52,518 nt of DNA, taken from assembly GCA_040752415.1 (NCBI GenBank), contig JBFMGU010000043.1, positions 1 through 52,518 on the forward strand. The letters run 5' to 3'. The first letter of the stretch is position 1. Each line of letters starts with the position of its first letter. The DNA comes from Myxococcota bacterium. GTDB lineage: Bacteria > Myxococcota > JACRCW01. Made by a program: the position numbers and the translations under genes. Under the pieces are notes generated by a model that saw nothing but the letters and a program-made list of their open reading frames with translations, had not been told where the DNA came from and searched no databases. This document shows, in pieces, positions 1 to 8,073 of the stretch.

Positions 1-1
1 T

Positions 2-1024
2 GACACATCCCGCGGGGCCGGTGCACCCCGCGCCTCCAACGCCACCGCCCGAGCCCGCCCCACCGACGCCACCACCCGAGCCCGCCCCGCCGGCGCCACC
101 GCCGGATCCCGCTCCGCCCGCGCCTCCCGCGCCGCCACCCTCACCGGACTGCATGGACTTATCCAGCTCCTGCACCTTCTTCATGATGTCGTCTTCCTTC
201 TTCTTCGCGTACTTCATGAGGAGCAGGAAGAGGACGTCCTCGAAGCTGGCGTGCGCCAGGTCAATGCCCATCCCCTTGGCGAACTCCTCGCCCTCGGGGC
301 CCACTGCGGCGGACCAACTTCCGCCCGCGTCGCCCGCACCGCCCGCACCGCCCGCACTGCTGGCACCGGCAGCACCCTGGTTGGCGTTCGGTCCGTTCAC
401 GGCGAAGTCGGCGAGATTTCCCGCGAGACGGGCCAGCGCGCTCTGCAGAGGTCCGCCCGCGCCAAAGGGCACGCCGATTCCCGCCACCGCACCGGCCAGA
501 CCGGTGGCCGCCAGCAAGCCCTTCTGCAGGACGTCCTTGAGCGCGTCGCCAATGTTCGTCGTCGAGGGACGGTAGACCGTGAGCTTGCCGTCGTTCCTCC
601 CGTCGGGGACGATCACGCCGCCCAGCGCACCCTCGAGCGCGCTCTTGAACAGCGGGTCGGTCTTCACCGCGGCCTCCAGGGAGCGGCCCAGTGCTCCGGT
701 GCCAAACGGCGCCGCGCGCGCCACGCCCCCCAGCGCACTGAATCTCCCGACGCCACGCTCCAACGCATCCGCGAGGAACTCCGTGGGACGAGGCACCGCG
801 TTGGCGGGCGGCAGCGCCGTGCCGAACAGTCGACCCAGGTCCTCCTGGATGCCCCGGGTGAACATGTCGGTGAGGTTCTGGAACATCCCCGGGATGTCAC
901 CCAGCGCCTCGTCGATCTGGGCGCCCAGCGCGGAGCTGATGGAGCCCGGGAGTCCCAGGCGCTCAAACATGGTGGAAGCCTGCAACCCCGTGGATGCGAA
1001 CCGGGCACCGCTGATGGACGTCAT
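2..1024 (-). CDS. Partial (3' end outside window) Gly/Ala-rich hypothetical protein with a helical/coiled-coil segment; possibly a secreted substrate
   Basis: ATG at 1024 preceded by GGGAG RBS. Frame stays open to the window edge: MTSISGARFASTGLQASTMFERLGLPG...SFEDVLFLLLMKYAKKKEEDIMKKVQELDKSMQSGEGGGAGG... Absent from the ORF track because it has no stop in the window. Confidence 0.8.
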   Translation of the reverse strand, partial: MTSISGARFASTGLQASTMFERLGLPGSISSALGAQIDEALGDIPGMFQNLTDMFTRGIQEDLGRLFGTALPPANAVPRPTEFLADALERGVGRFSALGGVARAAPFGTGALGRSLEAAVKTDPLFKSALEGALGGVIVPDGRNDGKLTVYRPSTTNIGDALKDVLQKGLLAATGLAGAVAGIGVPFGAGGPLQSALARLAGNLADFAVNGPNANQGAAGASSAGGAGGAGDAGGSWSAAVGPEGEEFAKGMGIDLAHASFEDVLFLLLMKYAKKKEDDIMKKVQELDKSMQSGEGGGAGGAGGAGSGGGAGGAGSGGGVGGAGSGGGVGGAGCTGPAGCV

Positions 1025-1326
1025 GTTTTTCTCCCGCGTCGACGCGCCAAGCGCTGGCGTTGCTAGTTCATCGGCGGTTCACCTTCAAGAAGTGCTCACC
1101 ACACCCTAAGTTCGTATGCGAAATCCATTCGCCAACCTTTTGCGCGCAACCTGCCGGCAGAACGCATTTCCGTCGCTGACGACGCTGTGGTTCGCGCCAT
1201 TTGTGCGCCCACCGATTCAACGCGACTGCGCGCCTCCACGCTAATCACGCGCTATGCTCTCGGAAATCACCCCCGGCTCCCGGGTCCTTCCGGATCCCGC
1301 CGGGCATCCGACCGCGGGGAGAGCGC

Positions 1327-2629
1327 ATGGAAAGAGAATCACCTCGAAAGAGCAGGCGGTACGCGGTACCGGAGAACCCGTTTGGGACGTTGGACCGGGC
1401 CGTTGCCTTCCTGTCGGCGCAGCGCGCCCACAACATCCCGAGCCTGCGCGGACGTGCCACGGAACTCCCCGCCTCCGCGTCCTTCGCGCAACCCCTGTCC
1501 ATGCATCACCAGGTGCGCCACGGGCTGCTTCCCACGCTGGCCGCGCTGGCGGGCCTGGCCCACAAGCTTCCGGAGGTCCACGTCGTCTATGACGCGCTCG
1601 TCGGTGACGACCTCCGCTATGACCTACGCCAGGGTTCCCCGCTTCCCAGTGGCGCTTCCGGCGCGCTGAGTCCCTTCCTGCTCAGCATGTCCATGGGTGC
1701 GCAGCAGGACACCGCCGTGCGCTACCAGTGCGAGCCGGTGGTGCCGCGTCGCACTTTTGGAGGAAGACCCGCGGCGTTCAAGAAGCGGCTGGGAGCGGCG
1801 GTGCGCTCGGGCGTGGGAAACTACGCAGTGGACAAGGTCATGGCCGCGTGGGTGGCCGCGTGCCCGTTCGAGTCCATGACGCTGGACAACGTGCGGCCAT
1901 CCTTCGGCGTACGCCACTATCCCAACCGCGGCCCGGACATCTCCGCCTACTTCGTCCTGGAGACACCGGATCCCATGTGGAGCCACGGCGCGGTCCAACG
2001 CGCGCTCCAGGCCATGGGTGAAGACGAGCTGTGGCGACAGATCGAAGCGTTCGACAAGGCCACCTTCCGCGTGCGCGGCTTCGGGATCCTCGCCGTGGAC
2101 CTGGCCGCCGACGGGACATTCGAGGTGAAGCTCTACAAGCGGAGTGAGCGCGTGGGCCCGCGCCAGCTTGCACGTTTGTTCGCGGCACTGGGCGCCGACG
2201 CGCGAGGTGAAGAGCTCTACCGGCGGTTCCGTCGCACCTTTGTCCCGTCGTACGTGCGGCCCCTGCTCGGCGCCATTGGCTGGGTGTTCGACCGCGGCGG
2301 CCGGCCCCCCGCGTGCAAGATCTACCTGGACACCAGCATGATGTACGACGACGCGGAGGCCATCCGGCGCCTGCGCGGCTGGCTCGACGATGTGGGCTTC
2401 TCCTCGGCCCGGGAGGTCTTTGAGCGGGTGCAGGAGCAGGTGGCGCCCACGGAGCTGCTGGTGGGCGTGGGCAACTTCATTGACCTCGTCAGCCTCGACG
2501 TGGGCGGCCAGGGCCGGTTCAAGACCACGGTGTTACTACGCACCGGAAGTGGGACTGCGCCTGCTCGCGCGACGGGATCCGTTATTGCTGCCCACGTGGA
2601 ATGGCGCGCTGCGCTGGGATCACACGTGA
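1327..2629 (+). CDS. Aromatic prenyltransferase-like protein (DMATS/ABBA fold), with an apparent +1 frameshift at 2533
   Basis: Motifs resemble the Trp-DMATS family: SPFLLS..VRYQCEP, LAVDL....EVKLYK, CKIYLD....DDAEAIRRL, VSLDV....FKTTV[YYAP]. Removing one T at 2533 gives a 433-aa ORF ending in TGA 2627-2629, which overlaps the next GTG. Confidence 0.6.
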
Positions 2630-3783
2630 ACACGCCGCCCGTCCTCTACGTCGTGGCCACCGGCGCGCGGCTGCAGCACTGGGATGAGCCGGTGACGGCG
2701 GCGCTCATCCTCAACCGTCCCCTGCGCGAGTGGCAGGAACGCGCAGGCAGACTGGCGGGGCTGGAGGTGCGCTTCGTCGATTCCCCCGCGGAAGTTCAGC
2801 CTCCGTGCTTTGTGATGGATGACGACCTCTTCGTCACGCGTCACGCGCTCCAGGAGTTCGTGCGGCGGGCCCCCTCGCGCGGGCGGAGCGTCCAGGCCGC
2901 CGTCCCGCGCCACCCGTTGCTGGATGCGGTGGTGCAAACCCAGGGTGCGGAAGCGTTGTCCGACGGCTGGGGTTACCGGCTGCGTTACCTGCAGGCGCCC
3001 GACGAGAGTTGTGAGCGGCTGCTGATCCCGCTCCCGGACCTCGACGGACAGCGTCTCAAGGTTCCCCTGGCCATCCGCCCCGACGGGACCGCCCCGTTGT
3101 ACCGCACAGCCTTTGGCGTCGTGCACCTGCGGTCGGCGCTGCACGTGTACCAGGCCAACATGCACGCGGTGGCCTCGTCGGCATTGGAGCGGACGCGCCG
3201 CTTTGCGTTCCAGCGACGCGCCGAGCCGCCGGAGTCTCCGCGCAACAACCGCATCGGGTCCCACTGCATCATCCATCCCACCGCGCTCGTCGAGAACTGT
3301 GAGGTGGGAGAGGGCGCAACCATTGGTGCCTATGCGGTGTGCCGCGAGTCGGTGATTGGTGCGGGGGCGCACATCTGGGATGCGGCGATCATCCAGCAGA
3401 GCGTGGTGGGTACGCACGCCATGGTGGGACACCAGTACCGGGTGGTGCTGAGCGTGATGTACCCGCATGCCTTCGCCACGTCGGGAGCACTGCAGTTCTC
3501 GATCATGGGGCACCGGTCCGCGGTCTTTGCCGCGTGGATCACCGACGTGCGCATGGACGGGAAGACGGTGCGGGTTCCCCTGGATGGCACGGTGGTGGAC
3601 ACGGGCATGGACTACTTCGGCTGCATCGTGGGCCACGACGCCAAGGTCACCGCGGGGGTCATCACCGCTCCGGGACGCGTGGTGCCCAACGGCACCGTGG
3701 TCCACGCGGATCCCGCGCTGGTCTACCAGGGTGCGCCACCGCACCACCGCGCTGGACAGCCGCTCCTGCTCACCCGGCGATGA
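2626..3783 (+). CDS. GlmU-like protein: degenerate nucleotidyltransferase-like N-terminus plus left-handed beta-helix (hexapeptide repeat) acyltransferase-like domain
   Basis: GTG 2626 in GTGA overlap with the upstream stop. Hexapeptide repeats (NRIGSHCIIHPTALVENCEVGEGATIGAYAVCRESVIGAGAHI; GCIVGHDAKVTAGV). N-terminal ALILNRPLREWQ and DDDLF motifs. Confidence 0.7.
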   Translation: MNTPPVLYVVATGARLQHWDEPVTAALILNRPLREWQERAGRLAGLEVRFVDSPAEVQPPCFVMDDDLFVTRHALQEFVRRAPSRGRSVQAAVPRHPLLDAVVQTQGAEALSDGWGYRLRYLQAPDESCERLLIPLPDLDGQRLKVPLAIRPDGTAPLYRTAFGVVHLRSALHVYQANMHAVASSALERTRRFAFQRRAEPPESPRNNRIGSHCIIHPTALVENCEVGEGATIGAYAVCRESVIGAGAHIWDAAIIQQSVVGTHAMVGHQYRVVLSVMYPHAFATSGALQFSIMGHRSAVFAAWITDVRMDGKTVRVPLDGTVVDTGMDYFGCIVGHDAKVTAGVITAPGRVVPNGTVVHADPALVYQGAPPHHRAGQPLLLTRR

Positions 3784-5917
3784 GGTCGTGGAGCGCGGCA
3801 ACCGCGTCGGCGTCCCGCTGGGCAGCCCGGGCAACCTCCTGGATCATGCGCGCATAGGCCGTGTTAGCGCGCAGCTCGCGCGTCGACAACGCCCCACGAC
3901 GACGCGCAAGCACGCTTCGCCGGAAATAGACCTGGGGGATGGGCCCCGCCTGCAGCGCCTCACCGGTGATGGCCAGGTGCTCATCCACGGCGCGTTTCAC
4001 GCCTTCACCCGTGTCATGGTAGTCGTCAACCACGACGACACCGCGCTCCACCATGCGCGGCGCCAGGTGCCGCAGGCACTCCGCGGTGGACTGGTAGAGG
4101 TCGCCATCCAGGTGGGCGAGACAGAACCGCTCGTCGGTGAGGCCGGGCAGCGTGTCCCGGAACCAGCCTTCCCGGATCACCACCAGGTCACCCACACCCG
4201 TGCGCGTGATGAGCTCCTCCACCTGCATGCGAGGCGCCGCGCACCAGCCTTCGCGGTGGAAGTGATCCACGCCGGGATCAGGGCGAGGCAGTCCCTGGAA
4301 GCTGTCCAGCATGTACACCTTCTTGCGCAGGCCCAGCTTGCGGCACAGGAGCGCCAACATGACGCTGACGCCGCCCCGCCACGTCCCGCACTCGATGATG
4401 TCCCCCTCCAGGTCCTTCACCTCCAGCAGACGGGCGCAGATGTTCTCGGCGCGCCAGGGGTCGCACAGGGAATGGTCGCGGCACGCTGGCCACACCTCCC
4501 AGAACAGCGGGTCGCGCGCGGGGCGCGTGGCGGGAACCCGCGCCATGATCTCGTCGTGGAATTCTCGGTCCCAGAAGTACTTGAAGCCGCTCTTCCACGC
4601 CCGCTGCACCCGGTCCGGCCTGCGACGCACCGTGGACGTTCCACTCGCCACGAGCGCGGCCTCGAGCGCGTCGTCGGGAGTATCCGTGTTGCGCCGGAGC
4701 AGCTGGAAGTATTCCTCCTGTTGTCCGCGCAGCGCGTCGACGTCGGCGGTGCCGCGCAGCAGCCGCGCCAGGCGGTCCACCGTCTCGTCGGGACGGTAGA
4801 CGTCCAGGTGCTCCTGGATCTGGCGGAAGGGGTTGTTCTCCAGGATGCGCGACATCAACGCGTGCATCCCCAGCGGCCACACGCTGGTGGCATAGCCGGG
4901 CGTGACGACGTCATGGAAACGGCGGAGCGCATCCTGGGCCGCGGAGGTTCCGCTCGTCGACGTGGCGGCGCCCACGTGGAGTGTGGCCACCGGGATGCGC
5001 ATGGATGCGGCGCGAATGGCGGAGGACGCGATCATGTTGGGCGTCAGCATGAGGTCCGTGGCCTGCAGCAAACGTTGGAAGCGCGGCGGCGGGAGCTGCG
5101 GAAGGTGCAGGTAGCCCAGGTTGGTGACGTCGTCGGGAACGCGGTAGGGCGCCGGGCCCAGGTGGACCAGCGTGACCGGTTCCACCTCTCGCGCCGCCAG
5201 ACCCAGCAGCCGCATCATCAGCGCAGGCAGCGCGGCAGCCACGCGGGCGCTCTCCACGTATTGCTCCGCCAGGTGCTGCCAGGGCGAGGTGGTGAGCAGG
5301 ACGAGCATGCCGTCGGGAAGCCCCAGCTCCGTTCGTGCCGCTCGTCGCTGCCGCGCCGTGACGCTTCCCTGGTCACCCATCATGGCGTAGCGGCCGCGAC
5401 CAGGCGTGGAATGCGCGGGCACCAGGTACGGCGCGGGCATGAGGCGCCCCATCGACGACGGCGGGCGCGGCGCGGGCGGCACCTCCCCGTTCCGCGCGAA
5501 GTGCGCCATGGCCGGCCGACCGAAGATGTCGATGACGTTCGCGTGCGCGTCCCAGTCGTACAGGTCCAGGCCCACCAGCGCCGCGTCGGGACAACTGGCC
5601 GCAACCACCTGCGGCAGCGCCCCGCGGAACTCACCCACGAGCCCGTGGTAGAGCAGCAGGTCCGCGATGATCACCACGTCGGGCGCAAGCTCCTTGAGGC
5701 TCTGCTGGATGCGCTGCAGCGAGGTCCGCGTTCCCAGGTTGGGATAGCTGTGCACCGTGGCGCCGGCGTGGTGCGCTGCACGCGCGGACCCGCTTCCCAC
5801 CACGGCGTGCAGCTCCATGCGGCGCGTGCAGCGCTTCACCCAGTCCAGCGCCAGAGACACCTCACCGGTGGTGGAACCGGAGCATCCCAGGATGCAGACA
5901 CGCGGCGTCCGCCTCAT
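3770..5917 (-). CDS. Fusion of a GT-B-like (DUF6365-like) domain and a TylF/MycF/NovP-family O-methyltransferase
   Basis: C-terminal TylF motifs: EGDIIECGTWRGG, LDSFQGLP, GWFRDTLP, AHLDGDLYQST, VVVDDY. The N-terminal part (PDVVIIAD, LLQATDLMLTPN..SSAIRAASMRIP) looks GT-B-like. ATG 5917 overlaps the upstream TGA (ATGA). Confidence 0.8.
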   Translation of the reverse strand: MRRTPRVCILGCSGSTTGEVSLALDWVKRCTRRMELHAVVGSGSARAAHHAGATVHSYPNLGTRTSLQRIQQSLKELAPDVVIIADLLLYHGLVGEFRGALPQVVAASCPDAALVGLDLYDWDAHANVIDIFGRPAMAHFARNGEVPPAPRPPSSMGRLMPAPYLVPAHSTPGRGRYAMMGDQGSVTARQRRAARTELGLPDGMLVLLTTSPWQHLAEQYVESARVAAALPALMMRLLGLAAREVEPVTLVHLGPAPYRVPDDVTNLGYLHLPQLPPPRFQRLLQATDLMLTPNMIASSAIRAASMRIPVATLHVGAATSTSGTSAAQDALRRFHDVVTPGYATSVWPLGMHALMSRILENNPFRQIQEHLDVYRPDETVDRLARLLRGTADVDALRGQQEEYFQLLRRNTDTPDDALEAALVASGTSTVRRRPDRVQRAWKSGFKYFWDREFHDEIMARVPATRPARDPLFWEVWPACRDHSLCDPWRAENICARLLEVKDLEGDIIECGTWRGGVSVMLALLCRKLGLRKKVYMLDSFQGLPRPDPGVDHFHREGWCAAPRMQVEELITRTGVGDLVVIREGWFRDTLPGLTDERFCLAHLDGDLYQSTAECLRHLAPRMVERGVVVVDDYHDTGEGVKRAVDEHLAITGEALQAGPIPQVYFRRSVLARRRGALSTRELRANTAYARMIQEVARAAQRDADAVAALHDLIAG

Positions 5918-6711
5918 GTCGAGGTCCCGAAGATGACGCCCCGTGCCACCAGGGCCCGCATCGCCGCGCCCAGGCCCGCGGGCGTTCCCACGTCGTGAAA
6001 GAGGCCTTCGGTGAAGCAGTGCGCGCGCACCACGAGCCCGGCACGACGTGCGGCTTCCATGGCATGTCCGAGCACACCTTCGCTCCCGGCGCCGCGCGCC
6101 TCCTCCCACTGCGCGCAGAACCGGGTGAAGCGCACACTCCACGCCAACACGCCCCAACACCACGGCCACTGCCGGTGGCCCGGCTTGTCGTGGATCTCCA
6201 ACACCGTGTTCCTGCCGTCGATGTGCACCGCGCCCAGGCGCTCCGGCTCGTCGGCATGGAAGAGGCCAAGCATGATGTCGGCGCCGGTATCCACCAGCTG
6301 GCGGTGCAGGATGGCAAGCCCGTCCTCGGGGAAGAACACGGTGTCCGGCATGGCAAAGACCACGTCGTGATCACCCAGCCACGGCGCAGCGCGACGCACC
6401 ACGTCCGTGAGACCGCGCGGCTCCGCCTGGTGGAGATACGCCAGCGAGAGGCCCTGGTCCCCTCCGTCGCCGAGCGTGCGGATGAGGTCCTGCTTTCCGT
6501 CGGAGATGGCCACCACGCAACGCTCCACGCCGGCGCGACGCAACGCGCGCAGGGCGAACATGCACACCGGAGTGGGCACCACCTCGTCGGGAGAGCGCTC
6601 ACTGCGCAACGCCAGCGGCAGGAGCTCCTTGGGTGCGCGGTAGGGATGCAGCCGCGTTCCCCGACCCGCCGCGGGAAGCAGTCCAACCGGGAGCCGTCGC
6701 GCTGATGACAC
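5914..6711 (-). CDS. Sugar-1-phosphate nucleotidyltransferase (RmlA-like)
   Basis: GLLPAAGRGTRL..PKELLP, HQAEPRGL, FAMPD, IHDKP, HDVGTP motifs. Confidence 0.88.
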   Translation of the reverse strand: MSSARRLPVGLLPAAGRGTRLHPYRAPKELLPLALRSERSPDEVVPTPVCMFALRALRRAGVERCVVAISDGKQDLIRTLGDGGDQGLSLAYLHQAEPRGLTDVVRRAAPWLGDHDVVFAMPDTVFFPEDGLAILHRQLVDTGADIMLGLFHADEPERLGAVHIDGRNTVLEIHDKPGHRQWPWCWGVLAWSVRFTRFCAQWEEARGAGSEGVLGHAMEAARRAGLVVRAHCFTEGLFHDVGTPAGLGAAMRALVARGVIFGTST

Positions 6712-6801
6712 GCCGCGAATCTACCGCGAACTCCGAGTTCCGCGCGAACACGTGCATACGTGCGTCACGACGGAGAACGCGCAATCATTGCACCACGTTC
6801 A

Positions 6802-7731
6802 TCAACCCGCGCTCAGCAATGACTCACCCACCAGCTCGACGTACGCGCGGCCCGTGCGGTCGCCGTGCACCGTGGCGGCGCCTTCCCAGTAGCGCGTGAA
6901 CCCGGCGTCGATTTCCTGCTCGCGACACAGCGGCTCGATCTCCAGCGTGAGCCCATCCACCTGCAGCCGCCAACCCATGGCGTAACGCGCGCCGGTGCGC
7001 GGGCTGCACCAGCTGTCCCGCGCGGTCAGTCGCACGTCGTGGCCGTCCAGGCAGCGGCTGGTTCCGTCGGGCGCCACCAGCGTGGCACCCAGTGCGGACC
7101 GCCCGCCGCCGAGGTGACGGAAGAACAACATGATGTCCGTTCCGTCGTCGAGCTGGATGCCGAACCAGTCCCACCCTGCGCGCATCTGTGGCGCCAGCCG
7201 ACCCCACTGGTGATCGAACCACGCGGTGCCCTGGACCGGCAGCTCCGCTCCGTCGAGAGAGAGCACTCCTTCCGTCGTCATGCGCGTGCGGGAGTAGTAC
7301 CAGGTGTTGCCACCCACCTCGTAGTCCACGTACCCGGTGCCGTGGTGGAGGACCGGCGGCCGCGTCTCACGCAACACCAGGCGAAGCGCCGCACCCGGAC
7401 ATTCCATCTCCAGCTCGTCGACACCCGCGCCACCGTCCGCATGGAACGGCGGCATGGCCAGCAGGAAGCGGTCGGTGACCCAGGGAGCGCCGCGACGACC
7501 CGTGACGTGGTGTTGGCGCAGCCGACCGGCGCCCACGTCGAGCAATGCGTGGTGGACCACACAACGCGGCCGCCCAAGCTCGAACAGGCGGAAGAATGCC
7601 AGGTGGAAACCGTAACCACGCTCGTCGGGCGCGCGCAGGTGGCCATGCCAGTACCACCACTCCACCGGCGCGTTGAAATGCGGCGCGTCATCGCGGGGAA
7701 GAACCAGCTCCACGGGCGCCGCATGCTGCAT
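6802..7731 (-). CDS. AttH/CrtC-like lipocalin-fold protein (carotenoid 1,2-hydratase-like family); start uncertain
   Basis: PRDDAPH..VEWWYWHGHL, WYYSRTR, AWFDHQWG, GWDWFGIQLDDG, WCSPRTGARY, YWEG..GRAYVELVG. Confidence 0.85.
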   Translation of the reverse strand: MQHAAPVELVLPRDDAPHFNAPVEWWYWHGHLRAPDERGYGFHLAFFRLFELGRPRCVVHHALLDVGAGRLRQHHVTGRRGAPWVTDRFLLAMPPFHADGGAGVDELEMECPGAALRLVLRETRPPVLHHGTGYVDYEVGGNTWYYSRTRMTTEGVLSLDGAELPVQGTAWFDHQWGRLAPQMRAGWDWFGIQLDDGTDIMLFFRHLGGGRSALGATLVAPDGTSRCLDGHDVRLTARDSWCSPRTGARYAMGWRLQVDGLTLEIEPLCREQEIDAGFTRYWEGAATVHGDRTGRAYVELVGESLLSAG

Positions 7732-8073
7732 CGGGCGTACCGGCTGGTCGCCTTCAGGAGGGACTGGGACGTCCGTCCGCACCCGCTCCGTCGTCAACGC
7801 GGGGTTCGCGTGCCGGGTTGGGCATGACGCGATGGATTCGCTACCCGGCGCGAATGCTGCGCTGGCGACCCGGCGGACGCACGCCCTGCGCATTCCCCGG
7901 GGGTGTTGCCGGGAGCCGCGCATCACGCCGGGCAACGTGGCGGGAACACGTCCTTGGTCATGCGCGTGGCGACCGTTACATAGGCACCCCAGACCCGCTG
8001 AAGAAGCGGCGCGGTGTCCCGTTTCTCGTCGGGCACGCGTGGCCACGCACGGGGTCTGGAAACAGGAGCAGCC

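Noticed and set aside
21..1109. Pro-rich + strand ORFs (21-575, 251-1066, 579-1109)
   Set aside because: They are antisense to the RBS-supported minus-strand gene starting at 1024.
1201..3783. 860-aa single ORF from the track
   Set aside because: Better explained as two genes (1327-2629 with a +1 indel, and 2626-3783). The upstream TTG extension lacks support.
3467..5998. Long + strand ORF (843 aa), and similar long ORFs at 22408-25077, 45801-48026, 34727-36940, 40776-42863, 49859-51937 and 18333-20354
   Set aside because: These are antisense shadows of motif-bearing genes, as expected in high-GC DNA. They are Arg/His/Gly-rich with no domains.
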